DNA of 64,000 nucleotides from Bacteroidota bacterium (GTDB lineage: Bacteria; Bacteroidota; Bacteroidia; AKYH767-A; OLB10): contig JAFDWZ010000039.1 of assembly GCA_018268195.1 (NCBI GenBank), forward strand, positions 6,859 to 70,858, written 5' to 3'. The stretch's first letter is position 1; the number at the start of each line of letters is the position of its first letter. Below the pieces are notes generated by a model that was not told the DNA's origin, did not search any database, and saw nothing but the letters and a program-made list of their open reading frames with translations. This document shows positions 20,233 through 29,684 of the stretch, one piece after another. Made by a program: the position numbers and the translations under genes.

Positions 20233-20292
20233 GCAGTTATATCTACTTTTTTTATACTTTCGCAGCCTCAAATTTTTTAATAGTAATTCTTT

Positions 20293-23034
20293 ATGAATCA
20301 AATTGTTTTTGTTGTTCCGGTCTTGGGTATAATTGCCCTTATTTACATGTTTTTAAAAGCTTCGTGGGTAGGAAAGCAAGATGCCGGTGAGCAAAATATG
20401 CGTGAACTGGCAGGCCACATTGCCGATGGTGCAATGGCATTTTTAAAAGCCGAATGGAAAATATTAACCTATTTCGCCATCATAGCGGCATTACTTTTAG
20501 CTTATTCAGGCACACTGGAAGGCACTGCTGAACACCCTGTACACTCCAGCCCTGTCATTGCAATTGCATTTTTGATAGGTGCTGTATTTTCAGCAACAGC
20601 AGGATATATAGGGATGAAAATTGCTACTAAGGCCAACGTGCGTACCGCACAAGCTGCGCGCAACAGTCTTGCACAAGCTCTTAAAGTTTCCTTCACAGGA
20701 GGAGCGGTAATGGGACTTGGAGTAGCCGGACTTGCAGTGCTGGGTTTAGGCTCATTGTTTATCGTATTCTATCAGTTGTTTGTACCTGCAGGTGCAGCCA
20801 TCACCGGTGTAGAAATGAAAAAAGCTATTGAAGTGCTTGCAGGATTTTCACTCGGTGCAGAAAGTATTGCCTTGTTTGCCCGTGTAGGTGGAGGTATTTA
20901 TACCAAAGCTGCTGACGTAGGTGCAGACCTTGTTGGAAAAGTTGAAGCAGGAATCCCTGAAGATGATCCGCGAAATCCGGCTACTATTGCCGATAACGTG
21001 GGCGATAACGTAGGTGATGTTGCAGGTATGGGAGCTGACTTATTTGGCTCGTATGTAGCAACTATTTTGGCAACAATGGTATTAGGCCAGGAGATTGATG
21101 CTTCTGCCGATAAATTCGGTGGGTTATCACCAATATTGTTACCAATGGTTATTGCAGGTATGGGAATCATTTTCTCTATCATAGGAACTTGGTTTGTACG
21201 TATCAAAAACGAAAACGATAGTGTACAGGGAGCATTGAACATGGGCAACTGGTCGTCTATCATTCTTACTGCTATTGCAAGTTATTTTGCTGTAACATAT
21301 CTGTTACCTGAAAAACTTGTCATCCGTGGTTTTGAATTTACTCCTATGAACGTTTACTTAGCAATTATTGTGGGTTTGGTTGTGGGTGCATTGATGAGTA
21401 TCATCACAGAATATTATACAGCAATAGGTAAACGTCCTGTATTATCTATTGTAAAACAAAGCTCCACCGGTCATGCTACGAATATAATCGGAGGACTTGC
21501 CGTAGGTATGGAATCTACAGCAGTACCCATTATAGTACTGGCAGGCGGAATATATTTTTCTTATGCTCTTGCAGGACTTTATGGTGTGGCAATAGCTGCA
21601 GCAGGTATGATGGCAACTACGGCTATGCAACTTGCCATTGACGCTTTTGGACCTATTGCCGATAACGCAGGAGGTATTGCCGAAATGAGTCAGTTACCTA
21701 AAGAAGTTCGTCAGCGTACCGACAATCTGGATGCTGTAGGAAACACTACCGCAGCTACCGGAAAAGGTTTTGCTATAGCTTCAGCAGCATTAACATCACT
21801 TGCATTGTTTGCAGCCTTCGTAGGTGTGGCAGGCATCAGCCATATTGATATTTACAAAGCCAATGTGCTTGCAGGGCTTTTTGTTGGAGCTATGATTCCG
21901 TTTATTTTCTCATCGCTGGCAATAGCAGCTGTAGGTCGTGCTGCCATGAGTATGGTTGAAGAAGTTCGCAGACAGTTCCGTGAGATTCCCGGAATTATGG
22001 AATATAAAGCTAAACCTGAATATGAAAAATGTGTAGCAATTTCTACTGAAGCATCTATCCGCGAAATGATTGCTCCCGGTGCGTTGGCATTAATTGTTCC
22101 CGTGCTTACAGGATTTCTTTTCGGACCTGAAGTATTGGGAGGCGTACTTGCCGGAGTAACCGTGTCAGGAGTATTGATGGGAATGTTTCAAAGCAATGCA
22201 GGTGGTGCATGGGATAATGCAAAAAAATCGTTTGAAAAAGGTGTTGACATCAATGGTCAGACTTACTTCAAAGGTTCTGAACCACACAAAGCATCGGTAA
22301 CCGGAGATACAGTAGGTGATCCGTTTAAAGATACCAGCGGGCCTTCAATGAATATCCTTATCAAACTAATGAGCATTGTTTCATTAATTATTGCTCCGCA
22401 TATTGCTTCAATAGGTACTAATGATGGTTTTGGCTCAGGAGAGTCGTCTGCTAAAGCAGCTGTAACTACTGCTGCTGCAACTGCTGTCAACAACACTCCG
22501 GAAATTGACCTTACTAAAATAAAAGGCAATATGGCGCTCGACAACAATCATTCATGGATACAATTTAACATCAATCACTTCCTTACTGTTGCCAATGGCT
22601 CGTTAAATGTTGATTCAGGATATTTCCATTTGACTGATGACTTGTCAAACAGTGAACTGTATGTCGTTGCGAACGTACCGTCTATAGACACAAAAAACAC
22701 CAGACGTGATAATCATCTGCGCAGTGCTGATTTCTTTGATGCAGAAAAATATCCGACTATAACTTACAAAGCAACTAAAATTGAAAAATCGGCTGAAGGT
22801 TCAGAGTATCGTTATACTGCAAAAGGTGATTTAACGATAAAAGGAATCACTAAACCTGTGGATTTGAAATTTAATTATCTGGGCTCGCAAATGAATGAAA
22901 ATGCAGGTAAAGATGCTCATAGTTTCAATGGCGTAGCAGAAATAAACCGAATTGACTTTGGTGTAGGAAGTTCAAGTCCAACAGCTGGCGATAAGGTTAA
23001 AATCAACTTCTCTGCTGAAGGTTACCTTGATTAA
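20293..23034 (+). CDS. hppA: K+-dependent-type membrane-bound proton/sodium-translocating pyrophosphatase with C-terminal YceI-like domain
   Basis: 913 aa. The first ~705 aa carry canonical mPPase motifs ([76 protein letters not shown]). An Ala/Ser/Thr linker and a 167-aa YceI-like domain follow with no intervening stop. Confidence 0.9.
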   Translation: MNQIVFVVPVLGIIALIYMFLKASWVGKQDAGEQNMRELAGHIADGAMAFLKAEWKILTYFAIIAALLLAYSGTLEGTAEHPVHSSPVIAIAFLIGAVFSATAGYIGMKIATKANVRTAQAARNSLAQALKVSFTGGAVMGLGVAGLAVLGLGSLFIVFYQLFVPAGAAITGVEMKKAIEVLAGFSLGAESIALFARVGGGIYTKAADVGADLVGKVEAGIPEDDPRNPATIADNVGDNVGDVAGMGADLFGSYVATILATMVLGQEIDASADKFGGLSPILLPMVIAGMGIIFSIIGTWFVRIKNENDSVQGALNMGNWSSIILTAIASYFAVTYLLPEKLVIRGFEFTPMNVYLAIIVGLVVGALMSIITEYYTAIGKRPVLSIVKQSSTGHATNIIGGLAVGMESTAVPIIVLAGGIYFSYALAGLYGVAIAAAGMMATTAMQLAIDAFGPIADNAGGIAEMSQLPKEVRQRTDNLDAVGNTTAATGKGFAIASAALTSLALFAAFVGVAGISHIDIYKANVLAGLFVGAMIPFIFSSLAIAAVGRAAMSMVEEVRRQFREIPGIMEYKAKPEYEKCVAISTEASIREMIAPGALALIVPVLTGFLFGPEVLGGVLAGVTVSGVLMGMFQSNAGGAWDNAKKSFEKGVDINGQTYFKGSEPHKASVTGDTVGDPFKDTSGPSMNILIKLMSIVSLIIAPHIASIGTNDGFGSGESSAKAAVTTAAATAVNNTPEIDLTKIKGNMALDNNHSWIQFNINHFLTVANGSLNVDSGYFHLTDDLSNSELYVVANVPSIDTKNTRRDNHLRSADFFDAEKYPTITYKATKIEKSAEGSEYRYTAKGDLTIKGITKPVDLKFNYLGSQMNENAGKDAHSFNGVAEINRIDFGVGSSSPTAGDKVKINFSAEGYLD
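22531..23031 (+). other. YceI-like domain encoded inside the hppA reading frame
   Basis: It aligns by eye to the stand-alone YceI at 27695-28243: [15 protein letters not shown] vs IDNAHSEVSFKVRHM; [24 protein letters not shown] vs RDGHLRSPDFFDAVNHKYITFRST; [14 protein letters not shown] vs GELTIKGVSRPVTL. Confidence 0.85.
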
Positions 23035-23058
23035 ACAAAAAAATATATGACATAAAAA

Positions 23059-23084
23059 AATGCCTTCCGAAGAAGGCATTTTTT
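23059..23084. terminator. bidirectional intrinsic terminator between hppA and the convergent LutA-like gene
   Basis: ATGCCTTC-CGAA-GAAGGCAT hairpin flanked by an A-run upstream and a T-run downstream. Confidence 0.8.
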
Positions 23085-23104
23085 ATTTTAAGGAAAATCA
23101 TTTT

Positions 23105-23824
23105 TCACCAACCGGAAGCAAGCACATCGGCAATGTGCATCACCTTCAAGCCCGGATGTACATTTTCAGCCACTGAACTCAGATGCATCAGGCAAGTGTA
23201 ATCTGTTGATATAACTAAATCAGCACCTGTTTGATGAATAGTTGTGAGTTTGTTCACCGCCATATCAGAAGATACAGGTTCGTTATGACTTGTGAATGCG
23301 GGAGAAAAACCACAGCAGGTATTATTATCATTCAGTTCAAGCAATTCCAAACCTCTCACCTTATTCAGCAACACTCGAGGAGCTTCATAGTTGTTCAGCT
23401 CATTTATGGCTTTGCATGAATCCATGAACACTGCCTTACCCATAAACTTTGCGCCCACATCGGTAACATTGAGCACGTTTACCAGAAAGTCAGAAAACTC
23501 ATAAATATGTTTCTGTACACTTTTATACTCATTGTGCATGGATGAGTTATGAAACATTTTGGGATAAATGGTTTTAATCATTCCCGCACAGTAAGCTCCG
23601 GGGCATACAATAAATCTTTCGTTCTGAAATTCGCGGATTAATTTTTCACTTACTGCTTTACATTCATTCTGATATCCGTCTTCAAATGCCGTGCGTCCGC
23701 AACAGGTTTGCTCCACATTATAATTCACTCCGCAGCCCAGTTTCTCAAGAACCTTCACCACGTTGTTTGCCGTATCAGGAAAAACCTGATCCATATAACA
23801 CGGAATAAATAAATCAACAATCAT
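23105..23824 (-). CDS. (Fe-S)-binding CCG-domain protein, LutA-like
   Basis: 239 aa with two cysteine-rich CCG repeats (FIPCYMDQ...EQTCCGR; MDSCKA...NNTCCGF), as in LutA and the HdrB-like subunit GlpC. Confidence 0.7.
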   Translation of the reverse strand: MIVDLFIPCYMDQVFPDTANNVVKVLEKLGCGVNYNVEQTCCGRTAFEDGYQNECKAVSEKLIREFQNERFIVCPGAYCAGMIKTIYPKMFHNSSMHNEYKSVQKHIYEFSDFLVNVLNVTDVGAKFMGKAVFMDSCKAINELNNYEAPRVLLNKVRGLELLELNDNNTCCGFSPAFTSHNEPVSSDMAVNKLTTIHQTGADLVISTDYTCLMHLSSVAENVHPGLKVMHIADVLASGW

Positions 23825-23852
23825 TTTTCTTTCAGTTATTACTTATCGGATA

Positions 23853-25145
23853 TCAACCTGCCACAATCTTAAAATTACGGATGCGAAGTAATGAAAAAAG
23901 ACCCACTGCAAAAAATATCATCAGCACTAAAATTGAATTACGCATAGAGCCTGTTAGCTCTTCGATATAACCATAAGCAATGGTGCCAAGTACCAGCCCT
24001 ACCTTATCACAAACATCATAAAAGCTGAAATAAGAGGCATGGTCTTGTGTTTGAGGAAGCATTTTGCTGTAGGTAGAGCGTGAAAGAGATTGAATTCCGC
24101 CCATAACCATTCCTACCATAAACGCCAGTGCAAAAAACTGATACGAAGTAGTTATATAATATGCTGCCCAGCAAATGCACAACCACACTACAATTGAAAC
24201 AATCAGTGATAAAATATTGCCTATGCGTGACGATAGCCAAGCAAAAAGGTAAGCCCCTGCTATTGCCACAAATTGTATGATAAGCACTGTAATTATCAAC
24301 TCATCAGCCTGAAGCTTTAATTCCTTTGCACCAAACAGGCTTGCAACATACATCACCGTTTGCACACCCATGTTATAAAAGAAAAAAGAGAATAAAAATA
24401 TTTTCAGGTTGGAAATTGTTTTCAGTTGCTGAAGCACCCGTTTCAGTTCATTGAATCCATGCATCATAATTTTCTCATCATCGTTCTTAATACTTGTTTT
24501 ATCGGGTAGATATTTAAAAGTGTACATTGCAAAAAGAAACCACCATACTCCTGTCATCAGAAAAGAAATGCGTGAAGCCACTCCTGCACCGCTTAAGCCA
24601 AACCACTGTGGCTGCATTATCATGAGCAAATTAAAAATCAGCAATAACGAACTTCCAATATATCCGAGCGCAAATCCTCTTGCACTCACTTTGTCTTGTC
24701 TGTCGGGAGTTGCAATTTCAGGAAGGAAAGCATTATAAAAAACAATACTTCCGGCCCAACCCACACTGGCCAGAATAAATGCTGTGATACCAAGAGCAAG
24801 ATTACTGATATCGTCAAAAAAGAATAAAGCAGCACAGGATAACGAACCAAGCAAGCAAAAGAATTTCATAAACGATTTCTTATTGCCTTTGTAATCTGCA
24901 ATACCACTGAGCAAAGGCGATAAAAAAGCTACTATGAGAAATGAAACAGAAAGTGAATAGGAGTATAAAGCAGAGTTGGTAAAAGTATGCCCTAAAAGTT
25001 TCACCTGATCAGTTCCGTTTGCGGAGGTGATGTTGTTATAATAAATCGGGAAAATTGCAGTAGTGATGGAAAGAGAATATACGGAGTTGGCCCAGTCGTA
25101 CCATGTCCAGGCTCTTATGATTTTCGGATTATTGAGTTGTGTCAT
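23853..25145 (-). CDS. MFS transporter (UMF1/Atg22-like)
   Basis: 430 aa with ~12 TMs. The N-terminus WTWYDWANSVYSLSITTAIFPIYY is typical of the UMF1 family. Confidence 0.8.
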   Translation of the reverse strand: MTQLNNPKIIRAWTWYDWANSVYSLSITTAIFPIYYNNITSANGTDQVKLLGHTFTNSALYSYSLSVSFLIVAFLSPLLSGIADYKGNKKSFMKFFCLLGSLSCAALFFFDDISNLALGITAFILASVGWAGSIVFYNAFLPEIATPDRQDKVSARGFALGYIGSSLLLIFNLLMIMQPQWFGLSGAGVASRISFLMTGVWWFLFAMYTFKYLPDKTSIKNDDEKIMMHGFNELKRVLQQLKTISNLKIFLFSFFFYNMGVQTVMYVASLFGAKELKLQADELIITVLIIQFVAIAGAYLFAWLSSRIGNILSLIVSIVVWLCICWAAYYITTSYQFFALAFMVGMVMGGIQSLSRSTYSKMLPQTQDHASYFSFYDVCDKVGLVLGTIAYGYIEELTGSMRNSILVLMIFFAVGLFSLLRIRNFKIVAG

Positions 25146-25159
25146 GCAAGTAAGTTTAG

Positions 25160-25888
25160 TTATTGCCAGTAAAATGTCAGGCTGCCTTCTGAAGTTGAAG
25201 TTTTGAAATTCAGTAATTGCGAATAAGGAGGGTTATTGGTCATCAGTTCGGTTACATTCTTATCTAAGGTTATTGTTTCTATCAGTTCATCTGCTATAGG
25301 CGTCATGTTATGTTTAAAAATTTTTATGATGAGTGGCTTATCAAAATATTCCACATTCAGTGGAATTGAAAAATGCAGTGTAACATCCGTTGTGTCGCCC
25401 AATGTAGCATGGTAGATGGTAGCAGTGAATGATTGATTATTTCCATTGGATGCTAAACCATATACATCTGTTCCCTCATTATTGCTATTCCATGATGTAC
25501 CATCAGTACGTGTTGCAGGCAATCGGGTCAGTTTGAGGTTGGTAATTTTTGCTCTGCTGTAAGGTGATGCATTAACTCCTTTAACAGTTGATGCAGTGCT
25601 TCCGGCTGCTGTTTTGCCACGGAGCATAACGTAATAATATCCGTAATCAAAATTATGCAATACACTATCGCCACTTACATCTGCGGTACCATCACCGAAG
25701 TTCCAGATATACTCACATGGAATAGTTGATGTTGCTTTGAATGAGAATGTATCAGGATGTGTTCTAAAAAAACTATACACGCTAATTCCTAAAAATGGAG
25801 CAGGCGCATTTTCTCCTTCCTTTTGGCATAAAGAGCAAACTACTGCTGTTACCAACACAAATGTTGTAACTGTTACTGCTCTTCTCAT
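25160..25888 (-). CDS. PKD-domain protein, probably exported
   Basis: 242 aa with a hydrophobic N-terminus containing Cys residues and the PKD signature WNFGDGT...H.F...G.Y.V.L. Confidence 0.55.
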   Translation of the reverse strand: MRRAVTVTTFVLVTAVVCSLCQKEGENAPAPFLGISVYSFFRTHPDTFSFKATSTIPCEYIWNFGDGTADVSGDSVLHNFDYGYYYVMLRGKTAAGSTASTVKGVNASPYSRAKITNLKLTRLPATRTDGTSWNSNNEGTDVYGLASNGNNQSFTATIYHATLGDTTDVTLHFSIPLNVEYFDKPLIIKIFKHNMTPIADELIETITLDKNVTELMTNNPPYSQLLNFKTSTSEGSLTFYWQ

Positions 25889-25897
25889 TGTACAAAT

Positions 25898-26308
25898 CTA
25901 TACTTTATTTTCCTCTTCAAGCCACTCCTTCCAGTGTTGTGGCAGCGCAACACTTTGCGACTTGCTGTAATCATAACACACCAGAACCGTAATCCCATCA
26001 GCAATATTAATAATTTCTCCGTTCTCATTCTTATAAATTAAGAACGAAAGATCGAAACTCTTTGCACCGATTCTGCTGCACCAGGTTTTTACAAATAACT
26101 TATCATGGAGTACAGCAGGCACCCTGTAATTAATTTCGGTACGCGCCAGAATAATTCCCCACTCACGCCAGTTGATATTTAAAGCAGCGCTATTGAAAAA
26201 ATCTATTCTTGCATTTTCAATGTAATTCAGATATACTGCATTGTTCACATGCCCCATCCAATCTATATCAGAAAATCTGATTTGTATGGATGCTATATTC
26301 GTCCGCAT
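25898..26308 (-). CDS. acyl-CoA thioesterase, 4HBT/YbgC hotdog family
   Basis: 136 aa. RFSDIDWMGHVNNAVYLNYIENARIDFF is the canonical YbgC-type N-terminal motif. Confidence 0.8.
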   Translation of the reverse strand: MRTNIASIQIRFSDIDWMGHVNNAVYLNYIENARIDFFNSAALNINWREWGIILARTEINYRVPAVLHDKLFVKTWCSRIGAKSFDLSFLIYKNENGEIINIADGITVLVCYDYSKSQSVALPQHWKEWLEEENKV

Positions 26309-27561
26309 TAATCTATAACAATTTTTCTTGTAAAGGTATTATTACTTGTTACAACATGTAAAACATACATTCCTCTGCTCATTTCAGCAGTATTTATGCT
26401 TACTGCCTGATGATTGGTGCCAATGGATGCAGCAACTTTTCTTCCATTCAAATCATACAATGCATATTGAAAATCAGCATCAGCTACCTGAATGTTAAGA
26501 ATATCTTTAGCAGGATTGGGATATACCCTAACATCTACTACTTCACTAACGCTATGAATTCCTGTAAGATTTTCACAGATAATATCACTCAGAAACCGTG
26601 CAACCAACGAATCAACCAAAGCATCATCATGAATTCCATGCACACTTCCATTGTAAAGCAACGATTGATAATGTTGAGGTGAAAATCCAAGATTATGAAC
26701 ACGATCATCAATCACACATGAGCCAAAAAGGTGAGGATAATTTTGCGAAACATTAAGTGGCATATTCCATAAACCCACTTGATAGCCGCAACCAACAGTT
26801 CCGTCACCGGTCTGATGATAAGAGTACAAAGCTGGGTCGCTATTGGATTCAATAAGTGAGGTATCAAGTAATGCTCCGAAAAAATTCACCACTGCAAGTA
26901 CATTATTGTTCTGCCCATTCTGATTCAGATTTCCATCCAAAGGTCCTAATGCCGGACGATGCACATTACCGAAAAGAGTAACCACATCGCTGATGGAGTC
27001 ACCTTCAACAGGAGTTTCGCTCAGCTTATCAGCATAAGCAAAATGCATTGCAGTGATTGAGCCGGCACTTGCTCCTCCTATAAATGCCATGTTTACATTA
27101 GAAGAATCCTGTGCGGCACGGCCTTTAAAAAACCTCATGGCTCCACGTGCATCTTGCACTGCACGATAAGCCGCTCTAATTACTTCGCTGGAGTCGTAAG
27201 TAAAAGGTGCACTGAAAAACAGGTTACCATAGAATCCCAGGCGATATGATATGGTAGCAGCGACATAACCTCGTTCGGCAGATGCCTGAGCAATGGCATC
27301 CATATCATTCTTATCACCCGAAAAAAAACCGCCACCATGAATCCACAAAATCATGGGCCTTGATGTGTTATTATCACCCACAGGTTTCCATATATTCATC
27401 TGAAGGTTTGTCATCACCCCATTGTAGGCCAATGCAGTTCCGTAAGGAATATCTCGCTCAACAGTTGTTTGATAAACACGATGATAATAAGGGTCATTAC
27501 ATTGCGGCAACGCTTGTAGTGAAATTATCATCAAAGACAGGAATAAAGTAAAAACTTTCAT
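26308..27561 (-). CDS. secreted alpha/beta-hydrolase (carboxylesterase/lipase type) with T9SS type A C-terminal domain
   Basis: 417 aa with a signal peptide, the oxyanion motif WIHGGGFFSGD, the nucleophile elbow GGASAGS, and the C-terminal sorting tail VRVYPNPAKDILNIQ...GMYVLHVVTSNNTFTRKIVID. Confidence 0.75.
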   Translation of the reverse strand: MKVFTLFLSLMIISLQALPQCNDPYYHRVYQTTVERDIPYGTALAYNGVMTNLQMNIWKPVGDNNTSRPMILWIHGGGFFSGDKNDMDAIAQASAERGYVAATISYRLGFYGNLFFSAPFTYDSSEVIRAAYRAVQDARGAMRFFKGRAAQDSSNVNMAFIGGASAGSITAMHFAYADKLSETPVEGDSISDVVTLFGNVHRPALGPLDGNLNQNGQNNNVLAVVNFFGALLDTSLIESNSDPALYSYHQTGDGTVGCGYQVGLWNMPLNVSQNYPHLFGSCVIDDRVHNLGFSPQHYQSLLYNGSVHGIHDDALVDSLVARFLSDIICENLTGIHSVSEVVDVRVYPNPAKDILNIQVADADFQYALYDLNGRKVAASIGTNHQAVSINTAEMSRGMYVLHVVTSNNTFTRKIVID

Positions 27562-27633
27562 AATTGTTAAATTTATCTGCTAAAATACATTTAACTTTTT
27601 ACTTTATCAATTTTAAGATGTATTCCGGTATAA

Positions 27634-27672
27634 CAAAAAAACAGGAGCAGCGATATTTCTATCGCTGCTCCT
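27634..27672 (-). terminator. strong intrinsic terminator after the stand-alone yceI-like gene
   Basis: Perfect 13-bp stem AGGAGCAGCGATA/TATCGCTGCTCCT (27643-27672). The minus strand then reads GTTTTTTTG. Confidence 0.85.
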
Positions 27673-27694
27673 TTCAAAACCCAATTAAATTATC

Positions 27695-28243
27695 TTACTT
27701 CACTTTTGCTAATTCCACATCTGCAGTTAAAGCTACCTCTTCACCTACCAATACCCCTCCTGCTTCAAGCACTGTATTCCAGTTAAGATTCCAGTCCTTA
27801 CGGTTAATTTTTCCATTTAAAGTGAAACCTGCTTTCTCATTTCCCCATGGGTCTTTAAGTATTCCGCCATGTTCCACCTGTAATGTTACTGGCCTGCTCA
27901 CTCCTTTGATAGTTAACTCACCTTTAAGGTCATAAAGTTCATCATTCCTTTTCTCCATTGAAGTGGAACGGAAAGTGATGTATTTATGGTTAACAGCATC
28001 AAAAAAGTCTGGGCTTCTCAGATGACCGTCACGCTGCTCATCGCCTGTAAGTACAGAGTTTGTTTCAATATTAATTTCAATTTCTGCATTTGTGAAATCA
28101 TTTCCGGAGGTATTTATTTTACCTTCAAATTTTCCAAACTTTCCTCTCACGTTTGACACCATCATGTGTCTTACTTTGAATGATACTTCTGAATGGGCAT
28201 TATCAATTCCCCATTTTGTTGTTGTTATTGTTTCTTTTGTCAT
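27695..28243 (-). CDS. YceI family protein (polyisoprenoid-binding lipocalin-like)
   Basis: 182 aa with WGIDNAHSEVSFKVRHMMVSNVRGKF, RDGHLRSPDFFD and GELTIKGVSRPV. No obvious signal peptide. Confidence 0.9.
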   Translation of the reverse strand: MTKETITTTKWGIDNAHSEVSFKVRHMMVSNVRGKFGKFEGKINTSGNDFTNAEIEINIETNSVLTGDEQRDGHLRSPDFFDAVNHKYITFRSTSMEKRNDELYDLKGELTIKGVSRPVTLQVEHGGILKDPWGNEKAGFTLNGKINRKDWNLNWNTVLEAGGVLVGEEVALTADVELAKVK

Positions 28244-28275
28244 TGTTATAAATTTTTATTATTATTATTTATGTT

Positions 28276-28998
28276 TTAATTAATCTGCATAGGAATATCC
28301 ATCAGAAGTATTTCTGCTCCATCGGTTTCTGAAACTATTTCAAGTTTATCCGTATTCCAGATACCTATAGCATCTCTTTCTTTCAGCTTTTGATCATTGA
28401 TGCTAAACTCACCTTTTACAATCATTGCATATACACCGTTGCCTTTTTTGCGAATGTCATACGAAACGGTACAACCTTTATCAAAATCACCAATGCTGAA
28501 CCATGCCTGTTGATGTATCCATAAACTTCCCTTCTCAGTATCGGGTGATACGATGAGTTGCAGCTTATTTTTACGGTCATCTATATTTAATGAAACCTGG
28601 TCATAACGCGGCTTTACATTTTCTTTATCGGGGAACAACCATATCTGAAAAAGCTTCACTCTTTTATCCTTACTTGCATTAAACTCACTATGCATTACAC
28701 CGCTTCCTGCACTCATCACCTGCACATCTCCAAATTTTATTACCCCGTGATTGCCCATACTGTCCTTGTGTTCCAAAGCACCTTCCAACGGAATGGTGAT
28801 AATTTCCATGTTGTCATGCGGATGTGTTCCAAAGCCTTTGCCGGGAGCCACTTCGTCATCATTCAAAACTCTTAATACTCCGAAGTGCATCTGACTGGGG
28901 TTGTAATAACTTGCAAAACTGAATGAGTGTTTCGCTTTCAACCAACCATGATCGGCATAACCTCTGTTTTCTGCTTTGTGAATTACCTTGTTCTCCAT
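28276..28998 (-). CDS. pirin family protein
   Basis: Start moved to the ATG at 28998 (MENKVIHKAENRGYADHGWL). Cupin metal motif GFGTHPHDNMEIITIPLEGALEHKDSMG. Confidence 0.9.
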   Translation of the reverse strand: MENKVIHKAENRGYADHGWLKAKHSFSFASYYNPSQMHFGVLRVLNDDEVAPGKGFGTHPHDNMEIITIPLEGALEHKDSMGNHGVIKFGDVQVMSAGSGVMHSEFNASKDKRVKLFQIWLFPDKENVKPRYDQVSLNIDDRKNKLQLIVSPDTEKGSLWIHQQAWFSIGDFDKGCTVSYDIRKKGNGVYAMIVKGEFSINDQKLKERDAIGIWNTDKLEIVSETDGAEILLMDIPMQIN

Positions 28999-29028
28999 AC
29001 TTCTTAAATTTGATGATACAAAAGTAGT

Positions 29029-29036
29029 ATGGTGCA
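29029..29036 (-). promoter_or_regulatory. -7 box (TACTTTTG on the minus strand) upstream of the pirin gene
   Basis: Matches TAnnTTTG about 30 nt upstream of the ATG at 28998. Confidence 0.4.
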
Positions 29037-29093
29037 AAACGCTGCCCAATAAGGCAGATTAACAAATGCACTTAATGTAGATTAAGAAATATA

Positions 29094-29675
29094 CTATTTG
29101 TTCATTTTACTGCGCATCTTACTGAAAAATTCAGGAGTAACTCCAATATAAGAGGCAATATATTTCTGCGGAAGGCATGCAACGAGAGTCGGATATTTAA
29201 TACAAAATTTTTCAAATCTTTCTTCGGCAGTAAGTGAAAGTTTGTCCAATATGCGCTGCTGATTACTTGCCATGCTGTTTTCAATAAGTATTCTGAAAAA
29301 CCGTTCGAACTTTGGTACTTTTTCAAACAATAATTCACGATGTTCTTTAGGCAGAAGAATAATTTCACTCTCATCAATAGCATCAATAAAAAGTATAGCA
29401 GGTTTGCCGGTAATGCTACTGTAAAAATCACCTATCCACCATCCGGGAGGTGCAAACTGAAGTATATGCTCAACTCCGTTTTTGTCTATGGTATAGGATC
29501 GCAAACAACCTGAGTTCACAAAACATGAATTCGTAAAAACTTCTCCCTCCTGCAAAACAAACTGTCTGCGCCTGATTAGCTTTTTACTCAACAATGAAAT
29601 AAAATATGCTTCTTCATCAGCGGTGAGGCTGATGTGTTGTGTCACATTTCTTACTATTCTTTCAAAGTCGTTCAA
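29094..29675 (-). CDS. Crp/Fnr family transcriptional regulator
   Basis: 193 aa with an N-terminal cNMP-binding beta-roll (RRRQFVLQEGEVFTNSCFVNSGCLRSY) and a C-terminal HTH (QKYIASYIGVTPEFFSKMR). TTG start 9 nt after the gmhA stop. Confidence 0.85.
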   Translation of the reverse strand: MNDFERIVRNVTQHISLTADEEAYFISLLSKKLIRRRQFVLQEGEVFTNSCFVNSGCLRSYTIDKNGVEHILQFAPPGWWIGDFYSSITGKPAILFIDAIDESEIILLPKEHRELLFEKVPKFERFFRILIENSMASNQQRILDKLSLTAEERFEKFCIKYPTLVACLPQKYIASYIGVTPEFFSKMRSKMNK

Positions 29676-29684
29676 TGCTTTTTT

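Noticed and set aside
20898-21263. 121-aa antisense ORF inside hppA. Similar antisense ORFs occur at 33987-34355 (deoC), 27564-27935 (yceI), 59521-59889 (OMT), 55294-55641 (USP) and 58335-58802 (PaaK-like end)
   Set aside because: All of them overlap confidently assigned genes on the opposite strand. They have skewed composition and no independent signals, so I treat them as frame artefacts.
22531-23034. The YceI-like region as an independent gene starting at the internal ATG 22531
   Set aside because: There is no stop codon between the pyrophosphatase body and this ATG. No promoter box or terminator lies in the linker. The parsimonious reading of this sequence is a fusion. A sequencing error remains the main alternative and is listed as a check.
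29102-29431. 109-aa ORF on the same strand as the Crp/Fnr gene but in another frame
   Set aside because: It lies completely inside the regulator gene, whose frame shows clear cNMP-binding and HTH motifs. The alternative frame has no recognisable features.
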